A stretch of 64,000 bases of DNA from Oikopleura dioica (Eukaryota; Animalia; Chordata), in the NCBI GenBank assembly GCA_907165135.1, contig OU015568.1:12214001-12278000 (forward strand). Direction: 5' to 3'. This document shows, piece by piece, positions 25,280-38,078 of this stretch. The notes under the pieces were generated by a model, which saw nothing but the letters and a program-made list of their open reading frames with translations, was not told the DNA's origin and made no database searches. How positions within the stretch are numbered: position 1 is the first letter of the stretch; each line of letters starts with the position of its first letter. The position numbers and the translations under genes were made by a program.

Positions 25280-28200
25280 TCAAACTTCAGTGAGTACTAT
25301 TTTAGTCTTTCCCGCTTTTTCTTCAAAAGTGATGATGAAAGTGTCCTCATTTGAGTAATGTCTGATGATGATATCGTCCATGTTGACCAGCACGCCCTTC
25401 TTCGACTTCTTGTAGATTCGTGAAATCTTTTCAGCCTTGATTTTGTACTTCGCAACGATCTACAATGGAAGTGTTATTTTCTGATAATTTGATTTAGCGT
25501 TTTTGATCAAACCGCTTCGGTTAATCCGGTCAAGTTGGATTGGGAGAGCATGAGAGCGTCGAAACACTCGGCTTCAGGAGATTTGACGTAAAGAAGTACT
25601 GTGTTTGGATCATGTCTCGGTATCTAAATATTCATATGAAGCTAGCTAGCAATTTAGTCAGTTTGGCTATTGAAGGCGTAATTCACTTATTTCCGATCGA
25701 GAAATATATATAAAGCTTGTTCTTATATCGGATTTATGGTATTTACCTTTTGTGGAATTTCATTTCCGTCCGTATCACAGAGTCTCTTCCTTCCCTCTGT
25801 ATCCATCGGTGGAATCTCACCCGCCGCAAGATAATCTGCTTCGGTCCGCGAAGCCATCTACAAAAATTTGTTAGGCTTGCACAACTTTGTAAGTGCCGTT
25901 TATTTTAGCGACACTTTTCAAACTGTCAAACAATATTTTCGTTTTGACGGCGGTACTTTTTACGAACCTCTGGTGTAAAATATGTGACGCTCGAAGATAA
26001 GTCAGAAGATGCTTTGAAGAGGACGATTTCGTTTCGTTTTGAGTTTGGTTGCATCATCTAAAAGTGGAAATTGAGAAAAGAAATCAAGGAGGAAAATTTT
26101 GACTGAGCAAGAGCATTTCTGGTCATTTTGCGAACTTGAGAATCCTTTAAATTGCTCCCTAATCTACCGAGTTTTAATAAGCTTAACTCTCGTTCTCTAA
26201 AATTCACTTGGCGACTTACATTAGCTTGCTGCCCGGGCATGACGATGCCGAGTGGATTCTGAACGGGAAGCTGGAACTGCGGTTTTGGCGGGGCCGCGCC
26301 GGAGCCTCCCTTTTTTCGCAAAGCTTTTCGCTCTTCGTCCCTGATCTTTCTCTCAGCGCCTTTGTCACAGAAGACTTTGAGTTGGACAGTGGCTCGATGG
26401 GCGGGCTTGGCATTGCGGCGCATGTCGGTGTAGGTGTCGATTTGAAGCAGAAGTGGCAAACCCTGAAGAATCATTGTTAGATAGAATTACAACTCTTAAC
26501 ACCATAAAGGACTAAAATATAGAGAGAATTTAATTTTTATAGGATTTCAAGGATTGAATCTAGCAATTTATGCTTCACAGTTTCTAGACACATCCACTCA
26601 CCTATATTATTTAGGCTATATAGGCTATATTTACTCTCTTTATAAGTGAAATTTTACCATTTCATGACAATTATAATTTATTAAAATTACCTTGATGCCT
26701 TTCTGCGCTGAAAAGTCTGTCGACAAGCAGTTGACCGAAACAAAGATCTTGGCAATATCGTTAACGTCCCAAGTGAAGCTGATGGCATTGTGGGAGAACT
26801 CGTTGATATCAGATATCATGGAAGATTCCTTGTAGTCCGCTGAAATATGGAATGTCAAAAGTGCTCTGGCTATTTTCTCAAAGAGCATCTTAAAAAGAGA
26901 CTGTTATAGATTTGGATTCTTTGCCGAGGTAAGCCCGTTTGAGCTGTTTTCCTCTCGCATGACGAAATGCGGGGTTAAATCGGGCACCCGACGTGTTCCT
27001 GGATCGGAGATGATCCCCACGGCTCGAGTCACTCAAGACTCGTCTCCTCTCTCTTATGATTTCAAGTGGCCCTCTGCTCAGTCCTCGTTGACCATATTTA
27101 TGAATTTCAATAGCTACTGTCTTAAATTTGCGTGTCGAATGCAACCACGTTAAACCCAGTGAGCCTTTGATGAAGTCGCAATTTGCGGCTTTCAAATGAA
27201 TCTGGGTTGAATCCTTCGATCCCGATAATAAGCGGCTTGAATAAGGCCCTACGTGTTTCAAATTCCTGGGCCATATTTACGGCACCGCGTAATAAATTGT
27301 TACAAGGTGCTAATTTCGCGCCACCACCCGAGGCGGACCCCCACTCACTATCAGTTATCGACTGATGGAACTGATCGCTTCCGCAGTGTGACGACCTCTT
27401 GGGTCAATTTACATAAACCAACGTAAGGATTCATGCATAATTTTATAACGAAAATGTAATTACGAAGCTATGATTGATAAAACATGCCTCCAAAAGTTGA
27501 TTGAAAAAATAACAGCTGAATAATAAGCTACGGTGTCCGGATTACTTTTGGTTATCTGTTGCCTTTATCGATTACAAGATTGCCGAGGAAAATGTTTGGT
27601 CAGTGAGTGGCTAGGGGTGCTCATTTTCTGTGGCGTATTTTTATAATTACGCGTGTCTTGCGGCGGCGCGCGCAAACCTTATCCTTGGACGGATTTGGTT
27701 GAGCCGGCGGGGCCCTCCTTGAGCTTTTCAAGGGCTTCGAAAATATTAAACGCGACACGTCATATTGGTTTGATTTGCACTCACGATTCCGCTATATTAT
27801 CAAATACACCCAGTTTAGGTTTTTGAGGAATTTGATATTCAGAAGCCGCTCGAGCACACCTGTTGGGTGAACATCACCAACACGTCTCAATGCTTATCGC
27901 ACCATGCTTATAATTTGCTGATAAAGGAATCTCCCCTTCCTCCTGGCGCTGCACTCACCGATATCAATGATTCTTTGCTTCGCAGTGTGCTGTCTTCCGT
28001 GCCAGTATTTCCAGTGCCGGAGCTGTTCTTCTTCTGGCTTTCCATCGCCGAAGATGACGGAAACAACAGTCTTCACCTTTGTATTTCGGAACTTCCAGGC
28101 AGTCTTCCCAACTTCTCGAAGGCTGATGGCGTAGAATTGTGCTAGAAATAATCGTTAGTTTGGTACAACTTTAAAAAATAGTAAAAAAAAACGAGGTTGA

Positions 28201-31200
28201 GGAATACGTGTAAGTGGGATTAGTCGGGCGTAGTTTAGGAGTTTATGGAAGGTGAGGAGTCCAAATAGGTACCGATTTGAAAATGAGATAACAGCTGTGA
28301 GCTAGCGCGGCGGTTCAAGAGTAGCTTGGGGTTAGAAGTGATGGTAATCTAGGTCGTAATCGGGACGGATCTCCTCGGTGGAAGCGTAATTCGCAAAAAA
28401 TATGGCGGCTAAGCATAAATTTAATTTTCCTACTTACGAAGAAGTGAAAGAGAAAATCAAAAAACTGGCCAGAGAACTCAAACCAGGTCTCTCACTCCCC
28501 CTAGTCTATCTTATAACCGCGGGTCAAAGGATAAATAGCAGCATTTTCTGGATATTTGAAGGGTCTCACACCCGAAATTTTGCAATGAATCTCTACTTGT
28601 CAAAAACGTACAAAGACACTTTTGTCTTACAATGTTCTCACAAAGCTTGTTCCGGTTCATATTTATTTACTGTCAAGGATAAATCTTTGATTCAATCTTA
28701 TGAAACGGGCGGATGGAATGGGCGAAATTTTGCAATGAATCTCTACTTGTCAAAAACGTACAAAGACACTTTTGTCACTTATTTTATTAAAAAATTCTTT
28801 TTCTAATGATCTCCTAGAAATATCCGAGAAATTTGCCGCCAATTACAGGCTACCCAGATGAGCCCATCGTCCAGTTTAAATCAGTTTATTGCGAATTATA
28901 ATTTGTACAAACTCACATTAATTGTATCTTACTAAAAATCTTGTACATTTTTGTATTTCATTTTCAAAATATATTATTCAAAATTCCAGTTTGCGTCAAA
29001 TTATCTCTCTAAGGGGGGTAGCGGATGTTGATTTTATCTGCGATGCAGGGCAGTTTACGCTATTGATCCGCCGCACTTGCTCGCATCTGGATGGTCCCGA
29101 GACAACGAGGTGATACCACCTGCATATTTGGACTCCTCACCTTCCATGACCCCGTAGTGTGAAATCGCCTGTAAAGGGTATCGCTAATTAAGCATGTAAT
29201 TATAATCAGGATTGGATTGAACAAGATGCGCTCCTCCACCACCGCCAAGACGGATTACGACACGTAAGATTTGGCATTATAACATATTATCCTGTGCATA
29301 TAAATACGCGCTCAGCTGGAGTAAGCGAATTCCAGAAGGAAATGTTAAGCCGCCTTCTGATCCGATGTGGGAGGCGCAATCAAGGAACACGTCATTTGGA
29401 GCACCACCGCTGGGTGCTAAAGTAAACTAACATTAAGGGTCTCTGATAAGGCGCAAAGGGCCAGTTGCTCACCACCGCTGATAGCACCGCCACCTTCAAT
29501 AATAAGATGCCGCCATAAAACAGCTCCATTCAACCCGTTATATCAAAGAATAAACATTTACCAGCAGGAGCATTAGAAGATCATCCCGGCGAATTATCAA
29601 AAAGCAAATATCATTAAAAGCACGGAAAAAGAGCTTGTCTTCTTGAACATGATACTCTTTCCTACTCTGGGAGTTTGGACATGTTCAATTCAAAACAGAG
29701 TGCGCGCCGTGATAATGTCAGATGTTGAATTTCTGATGTTTTCGAGGCAGTAACCTGCTTTTCGATGTTGCACTCGTGTCAGTTACGTCAGCGTTGATCC
29801 CTCCAGTGGTGATTTTACCATTTTTACGTTTTCGAAAAGTGTAATTTTCGGCGGCCCTCGGAAAACACACCCGGAGAGCATTTGCTGGAGCATTTCAAGT
29901 GCTCGCACGACGTCGTGGCGCACCGTCGAAACCCAAAATTCCGAGGGTTATTGCACCTTTACATCACTACTTTACATTAATGATTTACTGTTAAACTATT
30001 CGTAATTCTTTTTTATATAGATTTAGCGGACTTGAGCAGACATAAATTGCTGCAGCGGCGTGTCAGGCGATTACGAAAGAGCTCAACCCAAATCACACGA
30101 CGTCACATGACACGCAGCGCTCGGTAACACATTCCGGAACCCTTGAAGGCTCAACTTAGTGTGCTGGGCAGCAGAAGGCGCGCCGCGGAGAAATGTTTCC
30201 GACGACCTTCGCTCACCTGGAGCACGTGGATTTTCATCATTCCGGAACTTACCCAGCGCTCTCCAGAACTCGAAATGAATATTTTGTAAATGACACTGCG
30301 ACCCGTTACAAAATTACGTTGCCTAACCATCTATCCCATTCAACCGTTGCTTGCTTCATATCCGGTCAATAGAGGATTCTATCCGCTCTTCACTATTCCT
30401 CGGTTTCTCGCCTTTTACTGGTCATCCGGACTCAAAATCATGCGGAACGGAAATCTGCTCAATTAAGAAGCCGCGCCATCGTAAATGTGACGACAGCGTG
30501 AAATGGGAAATGTAGCGGCTTTTTCCATGTCAGAGCTTGGCTAACGCCTGCGTTGACACTTTCGAAACTGGAATCATAATTGAGCGAGATAATCCAAATC
30601 TTAAGATCGCCCGCCGCGAATCTGAGAGGGAACACACGCGCGCGCCCGTACTGAAATCGAAGAACCGGAACCGGGGGAAATTTCGCGATTTCGCGGAAAG
30701 TCACAATTACCTTTATTGATGTAAGACATCGTTGGCTCGCCTTCTTTCTGCTTCAGACTCTTTGGTGCTTCCATAGCGTACTCGAAATATTCACTGAAAA
30801 ATTTTTCATCAAAATTCTAGGTCTACCGTGTTCAACAAACCCTTGATAGTCTTCAGGCAGACCAGCATTTGGGCCTTCAGTTTTGATTCCGTCTTTGACA
30901 TCGTTGTCTGAGTCACTGCTACCTTCAACTTCTGGCGACTTATTTTGACCAAAAATATGATCAACAGGCTCTGATTTGATAGTTCGAAGTTGCTGTTCTT
31001 GTTGTTGCTGAGCTTGATGAGCATTGTGGTGTTGTTGGCTGTTTTGGACTTGTGGAAGGTTGTGATTTTGCTGGGGAACATGTTGTTTCTGTTGGCTTTG
31101 TTGGGCCATGTTCTGGGCATGGTGAGCATGCATGTTGTGCTGCAGGACGTTACGTGGCCCGTTGTAGTAGTCGTAGAGGAGGCCAAGGGCAGCATGTTGA

Positions 31201-32096
31201 GCAGAATCGTCATGGTGGTTCTAAATTTATTTTAGTTACTGGAATATGATCTACTCCTTTAATCGCTAGACATGTGTAGCTTTTAAGGCATTCTAAAAGG
31301 CACACTTTTGAATGATTTGAGTTTGAAGAAGACAAAATGTAATGGAATAGATGAAAACAAATCCCTGAGATCCTGACTCGGGGGAGCAGGAAGTCAGCAG
31401 ATCGGATCTCCTCAAAATCTACGCTTGAGCTCTGGTTACCTGAGCTTGCAGTTGCATCAGCCCCGCGGTGGCCAGGGGATTATCAAGGTAAGATTTCCAG
31501 GCGTCTTCCGCTGGACGCATTATTTTGTTCGGAGCCCATTTGAGACGATCCATCAAGTTCCACGTCCCTTGCGCCAACCCTGTCGAGTTCATTCCGCTGA
31601 TGACATGCTCAGTCGTATTCATTTGATGCTGGTTTCCGGTTTGTCCGCTCTGATTTTGATTCTGCGTGACAGCTCCTTGCGACTGGGGCTTTTGTTGGCT
31701 TTGCTGGGTAGATTCTTGTGATGATGTTCTCGAAGGAGAAGATTCTGGAGAGGAAGAACTTGAAGAAGAAGAGGTCTGAGTCGAAGATAAAAGCTGCGAG
31801 ACCGCTTCTGAGGCGTACGCATGCTGGAGCATTGCCAATTCTGCATCCAAAGCGGCATCGTGAAAGTTCAATCCGCATTTGTCAAAGTCTCTGGACGATC
31901 CTGGCGACGTGGATCTGTTGAATGGGTCTGGGCTGCTTGAACCTGTGAGAGAAGTTGATCTTCCTGGAGAAACTGATCCAGTCGAAGCGGAGCATGAAGA
32001 CAATGCCTCCTGAAGTTGTGAGTTCCAACTCGGAAGTCGTTGGTGCTGTCTTTGTAGAAAAGACGGTGTCTGTGAGTTTGCTGCTGTCGACAGCAT
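25280..32096 (-). CDS. GRHL: Grainyhead-like (CP2 family) transcription factor, multi-exon
   Basis: [25 protein letters not shown]|[78 protein letters not shown], and C-terminal [26 protein letters not shown]-terminus is S/Q-rich; the true start may lie further upstream. Confidence 0.92.
28402..28806 (+). CDS. Nested 134-aa ORF, antisense to GRHL, with a Cys-pair motif ([10 protein letters not shown]) and a duplicated 18-aa block
   Basis: ATG-initiated ORF entirely within the GRHL intron; [18 protein letters not shown] occurs twice. Confidence 0.5.
   Translation: MAAKHKFNFPTYEEVKEKIKKLARELKPGLSLPLVYLITAGQRINSSIFWIFEGSHTRNFAMNLYLSKTYKDTFVLQCSHKACSGSYLFTVKDKSLIQSYETGGWNGRNFAMNLYLSKTYKDTFVTYFIKKFFF
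28573..28776 (+). repeat. Exact 54-bp direct repeat (28573-28626 and 28723-28776), period 150 bp
   Basis: cgaaattttgcaatgaatctctacttgtcaaaaacgtacaaagacacttttgtc is present twice with no mismatch. Confidence 0.95.
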
Positions 32097-34812
32097 GTCG
32101 ATTTGAAATTTAGCTCTGTAGGTTATTTTCTCGTTCTTTTTATGTCTCTTTTAAAGTTTTTTTTTCTCGATTTTTGAATTAATAAAAAATATTTTTGCTC
32201 TTGGCTTTTCTGCGAATGATGAGCTCTAGGAAAAGGGTTTCCCTGCAATGTGGGCTCGATGGAACACGTGATCGGACGATGCTAAGGCGCTGAGCAGGAG
32301 TTTCTTGCGCCGCGCGCGGGCGCACCGCGTGGCTCATCCCCGTGTTCAACCCAGTCTGACGTAAAAAGGAGCAGCGCCGCCGTCAGCGCCGACGCCTGCT
32401 GCTACTTGAGCCACACTTGGAGGACTTTACCTTACGTAACCTTGAGAACTTCAATTGCAATTACAATTATTCATTCAAAATTAGATGAAAAGAGGGTGTA
32501 TCTAAAAGCACTCAATGGCGATTTCGAATTTGCTCTTTCTGAAATGCTACTTTAGGATGGTCCTTCGGACCAGAAACTCAAGTATTATTGATGTTGTATC
32601 GAAGAATATGGTGACTATGTTTGAGGTTCAAATACTGGCTGTTAGTTGAATAAAGAAAAACTCGTTATTTTTATCAGAAGTTCTAGCTGCAGATCTTGAA
32701 TGACCAAAAGCAGACTTATTTTCAAACCGAATTTTCAGTTTCCAGCTTTAAACATATTCATTTAGTCTTAAAATTGCAAAGCGAGACCGCAAGTCTGCGC
32801 CTATTTAGGCCCAGTAGGTGCTTGCACTTCAGAAGGGGCAATTCTAGCCCAGTGGCGCTTACGCAAGGCAGAACGCTCACTATAATTATCATAACCCTAG
32901 AATTAGCGACGCCGCACATCAACCGACGGCTGCAGCTTTTACAACTTCATTATCGACGCAAAAGTTTCTTGGTTGCAGCGAAGTATGTACTCAATGACCG
33001 GTTAGAGGCGAGATGTACGTAGTCGACGCTCTGAGTTAGAAATATAAACTCAGATGATGTAGCAAACATTGCAAATTTATGAAAATATTAATCTGCTAGA
33101 TAGACAGTAATTTATAGAGCCTTGAAAAGTTCTGAGTCACGGGTTGCGTAAAGTGTGTTTTTATCCGAATAAACGATTCAATTTAGCTGAATGCTAACTT
33201 TTGGGCTAAAGAAATTGAATGAACGAAAGATACAAAATTAGAATTTTAACATATGGTAAGCTTTAATTAACTAGGAGCAGGTTTTCTCTATTAGCGAAGC
33301 CACGCTAAACTTCTAACCGATTTGATTTTGGAAATGTTTCAATCGGCGAAGGCGACCAAATCTTGGCCGGGCATAGTGCAAACGAGTCCTTGTAGGATAA
33401 GCCGCTGCGTTGGGGTCGTTTAATCCACTTTTTTCAAGAATTCTACAGAGTAAAGCTATCTTTAGCTTGTGGATTTTAGACTGTAGCTTGTTTTGTAGGT
33501 AGTGGATGCCTTCTGGAATCAATTTTTGTGTATCGAAAACATATCATCGGCGCATGTGATCGTCTCAAGTACTGATCAAATGCAAAAGTGGAGCTTAGGT
33601 TCAGATACATTATGAGAAATTCAAATATTTTCCTGGTGATCACAAAGCCGATCAACCAAGCGGCGTGGAACGCGATCAAAGAGCGCTCAAAACTTCCCCT
33701 CAAAAAAGGAGCAACTCAAGAGCCACAAGCGGAATTCAGAGTCAACCCAGAGCCTGACCCCTAAACATCCGAAAGCAGCATTAATTAGGCAGATGCCGCA
33801 ATCCGACCACTTTCCACGCAGCTTTGAAAATCGAAAAACTTCCGCTGAAAATTATCACGCAAAATTTCCAGTTCTCCCGCCTTGTTATCACTAAAAGTAG
33901 CAAATTTCATCTTATCTTACAAAATTTGCGAGGAAAAATGACAGCAAAACTAGAATTATTACTCGTGGAATCAAGGAAGAACACAAATAAGTGCAAAGTT
34001 CCTCAAAAAATTGCTCAAAAAACACGATTGAACTCGTGAAACCGGAGTCGACTCAGCTTTTAGTACTCAAAATGAGCTAGAAATTATTGAGCGACTCGTT
34101 CTGACTAGCTCTCTAGGAGCCAATTATCCAGGTGTTCCTTATCATTACGCGAAAAGATTCGTAAAGTCTGAATTGATCCCCAGTTCACCCAAACAAGCTT
34201 CAAGTCGAAAATTTTGCGAGTTGGCCCTTGAGATTCTAGTACTGCTCGAGTGTTACGTAATAGCTTGTTCCGTAAAGGTTTTCCCGGAAACGTCAGCCCG
34301 GAAGTGGCCAATTCCAGGAATCAAGTGGCGCATAGACAGTCTCAGCGACCTGACGATCACGCGATCGTTTCCGTTAGAATGAATATCACAACAATATACA
34401 TTCACTCAATGTTTACGAAACATCCAAAATTTTGTCTTGTACATTCCGAGTCCGACTATCAGTTCCAACCTCGAGCGCAATCTTAATATAGTTAGAGACG
34501 TAGAATGCGTTAACAGTAAAGCAGAATAACATAAAATATGGCCGTGAACGTTCCTTGATTGAATATTCTGTCAAGGAACAAATTTCTAAAAGTTCTTCGG
34601 AATAAGTTTTCTCCGAATGTAAAAATGAAATTCGGAAAGCATCAGGAAATAGATTTGACGGGAAGTACACAACAAGATTATACACAAAGTCGTCGTGACA
34701 TTTACGATAAGGGCGGATTGAGAAGTTCAAAGAGCTAGGTAGTTGTAAAATTAAAAACACTAAAGAGAAGTAATTATTGCGGCCAATTATAGAGTTGGAG
34801 AAGATTATATCA

Positions 34813-35040
34813 CTAGGTAGTATTGTTGTTTTCCGCGTTGGCGTCAGAAGAGAGCTGAACGCGACGAATCTCATCAGCATCCATGTCGGTGGCGTGGTTA
34901 TCGTAATTATTGTTTCTTTGAGTAGGGCTAAAAGGGTTGAAATAATTGAAAGTAAATTTCTGTCACCCTGGCTCGGTGTTCCTTCCGATGTGAGCACGAG
35001 CTAACAAGGCTTCATTTTCACCATCAACGGCAGCTTGAGA
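34813..35040 (-). CDS. 3' exons of an unidentified protein
   Basis: Splicing a short GT-AG intron gives AAVDGENEALLARAHIGRNTEPGPTQRNNNYDNHATDMDADEIRRVQLSSDANAENNNTT*. Upstream exons not resolved. Confidence 0.35.
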
Positions 35041-36555
35041 TCTAAAACTAGTCAAATTCCTAGTCATTAATAAAATCCTTTACGTTGACAGGTTTAATTG
35101 CCTTGAATCAGCCGATGAGTTTGTGTATCCGCTCATTATTTCGAACTTTTTGATTACTTTTTTATACTTTCAAAATAAAATTTGCGCGGTGTAATCCGCC
35201 AATGAGCGGGATCTCGACGTTGGATGAGAGTGGACACTGGAAGAGCCATCTTTGTCTCGGCTCTTGAATATATTTCGATCGTTCGATAATCGATGATGAC
35301 AAAGACGTTCAATATAGTGGTTTTCTCCTAATTAAAATTTCTGTCAAAATCGAAAATTTATATTTTTCCGACCATTTATGAGCTATCGCTTCTAAATACG
35401 AATAAAAAGATACCAATTACGCGATACCAAAAAAATAAAAATTTTATCTTATTATTTTAATATTGAACTGTTTTGCTATTCTGAAAACTAAAAAAATCCA
35501 GAGATGGATAATTTCTATAACTGAAAGCCTTTCTTTCAATACAATTTTTAATACTCAAAATTACCGGATATTTTATGGCACTATCATTGGGTTTCTTGGA
35601 AAACTTCTCTTTGATTCTCTACAGAGTTAATAGTAAGTCACATTTTCACCATTTGAAAATCTTGCTTAGGCAGTGTGTAAGAATATCATTGCACCTGTGA
35701 AGATTAATACAAATAGCAGTACTTTTCTCTGAACTTATAAACTTGGCTCTCTGTATTAGTTATGAAAACGATAAACGAATTTTGAATGAGAAATAATAAT
35801 CGAAGCAAGCTGCATCTTTTAATAAAAACTAATTCTCGTTATTACGTTATCTTTTTATTCTACGATTAAAATACTTCCGTTTGGATTGTTCTGAAATACC
35901 GAACTCACTTGGAAACCTCATTGAGAAAGATCCTCATAAAGAAAATTCTGTGTTAGTCCGGAAGTTTTCTTTTTAAATTAAGTTCCGTAAGTCCTGAATC
36001 AGATTGACTTACAAGATTTACGTGTTTCCTCACTAAACGAAGAACCTTAGACGGCGAATTCTTCGGAAATAAAATTAATTAAATGATTAGAGTGAACAGA
36101 AAACTCATGGTTATCTAAATGACAGATTTAATTCGTTCTCTTTTAGCATGTTTAACGTCATCTGAAACGGGAAGGTATCTTTTTGACATTTGAGAAACAA
36201 TTAAATGGCAAAAACAAACTTTTTAGAATTCTCAACTTTTGACTTTTTTCGGAAAAATATCTTAAACGCTCAAAAATGACGATGAAAGAAGTATTAAACT
36301 CGGAAAAAAGTACCTCACAAAAAGCAGAAACTCATTTTGACTTTTGTACTCAGAAGTTATTAAGGTATTAAGCTCTTGTTAAAATCTTGTTCACAAAATT
36401 TAGCGGAAGATAAATTTGAATGCTCGACTTAAGATGAATACGATGGTCCATTGATAGTCTGTGCATGCGAGTTTTCCGGTCATAAATTTTCACAAAGAGT
36501 CTTTACTAAATAAACACATTGTTACTTAATTTTGATTTATTCACAGTAATAAAAT

Positions 36556-38078
36556 CTAAATCTCGCAATTGATACCACATTGCTCTAAAATAATCATCTC
36601 GTTTCTAGTGTAGTTTGGAATGAGAATGTCAGTGGAACCATCTTTGTTGTAGTCGATGGCTTGAATTTGTCCAATTGTAGCGCCAGTAAGAGTTGCGAAG
36701 CCGAGATCATCATCGGTCTTGTAGATAGGAACGGTTTCGTATCTGAAACATACTATTTCAGCAGAAAGATAAAAGAAAAAGTCTACCTCCAGTTTTGAGC
36801 AAGATCAGAAAGTGGAGTGTGTTGGTAGACCTGCCCGTCATCATCGCCAGAAACCCAGATCGTTTCTCGTTTTTCGCCAGACTTTTTCGTCTAAAAATTG
36901 CTTCGTAACAAGATGATATGAGCATTACTTGCCCCAGTAGCAAAGCCTCCTGGAGATCCAAATCCAGCATTCAAAAATCGAGGGAATCGAGTGTAGATGT
37001 CGTGTCGGAACCAGCTGTCGGGATTTCGCCAGTCAGCAGAGTTGAGAGAGTAGGTATAAAGAGCTCCGTTTTCGTCGCTTCGAGACCAGGTGGTCGTCAG
37101 CATCTCTTTCTTGCCATCGCCGTTGACATCGTGGAATTCAACTTCGAAGTACCTTTGCTTGTATTATGCCTGTGTAAGTGATAAAAGGTACTTACCAGCC
37201 AGCATCATCGACAATGATAGATCGATGCTTAGAGACGTAGAGCCAGTCGTCGTCAGCGTCTTCAGTCCAAATAAGCTCAAGTTGTTGAGAGTAGAATCCA
37301 GAGACGGCAATGACAAGCTGCTCCTTAGTTGTTCCTGGTCGGGTCAAGTAAGTCGTGTCAAAGAAAACATCCGCGGTGTTATTACCTGGTTAATTTAAGT
37401 TTTTTTTTGTCTTTTATTGAAAAGCTTACCAGCAGCAATTTCATGCTCTTTCCATAATTTGATGTTGCTGGGAAAGCTACCGTCATTTTCGAACCAAAGA
37501 AGAGTCTGATTAATTGGCGTAATTGGCCCGTCGTTGAGGCATCGAGCAGTGAGCATATCCAAATCTCCGTCCTGGTCCATATCGTGCCACTCCACCTTGT
37601 GGTAGAAGAAGCTTGGATGTTCGCCCTGCAGATGCTTGCAACCAGGCGTCATGTAGTGCATCTCCAAAGTGTCCGCGTTAAAAACAGCAACACAGCCGTC
37701 GTTCTTTGAATTGGGAAAGAAGCCCGAAGAGACTGAGAACCATCGAGGGCCGTAAAGAGCTTCTGGAACTGGCTGGATGGCGTTAGGCCAGGGAAACTCA
37801 GTGAAAAGCTTTTCAGCAACAGGTTTCGCGCCGCATTGGCTAATCCAGTTTTTGATTCTGTAGACAGCATCACCAGGGCCGATGGCAAAAGTAGTGTAGA
37901 AAAGATCATCACCGTCGATGAGCGAGAAAGCTGGAGGATTGTCGAGTTCGATTCGACAAGTCACTGTCCATCCATTTTCACCGGGAACCTCGACTCCTCT
38001 CTCTGTGCTCTTGATTTCAGAAGTCTTGTAGCTAGGCACGGCGGCCACAAGAGCAGCGAGAGCTGAAAATTTTAACAT
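36556..38078 (-). CDS. Secreted FG-GAP/VCBS-type repeat (beta-propeller-like) protein, multi-exon
   Basis: Signal peptide MLKFSALAALVAAVPS, then repeated Asp-box/FG-GAP-like motifs WHDMDQDGDLDMLTA, FHDVNGDGKKEMLTT and IDYNKDGSTDILIP. All exon phases close. Confidence 0.8.
36891..36932 (-). other. Non-canonical GC-AG intron (42 nt) in the FG-GAP gene
   Basis: Minus strand GGG|GCAAGT...TTTTAG|ACG. Only this phase-0 donor keeps the frame into TKKSGEKRETIWVSGDDDG; the adjacent GT donor leads to a stop. Confidence 0.7.

Larger units (their letters stand above)
28245..29147. mobile_element. Putative transposon-derived (foldback/TIR-like) insertion in the large GRHL intron (28142-30710)
   Basis: 23-bp perfect inverted repeat (28245-28267 / 29125-29147) plus an inner 20/25 inverted block (28297-28321 / 29060-29084), flanking an ORF antisense to the host gene. 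No TSD or catalytic domain identified. Confidence 0.45.

Noticed and set aside
26058-26230. Apparent phase mismatch in GRHL suggesting a GA-AG intron
   Set aside because: A canonical phase-1 GT donor (CTCG|GTAGAT) exists in the same open frame, so no non-canonical junction is required.
28311-28321. GGTTCAAG as a Pol III B-box (tRNA or SINE)
   Set aside because: No A-box at proper spacing or cloverleaf, and the inverted copy reads GGATCAAT.
28573-28776. Direct repeat with a spacer, superficially CRISPR-like
   Set aside because: Only two 54-bp copies, in frame within a eukaryotic ORF, and no cas genes.
35400-35650. Minus frame punctuated by TAA/TAG, hinting at a ciliate-type genetic code
   Set aside because: TGA stops occur too, and AT-rich DNA produces such stops by chance; all real genes here use the standard code.
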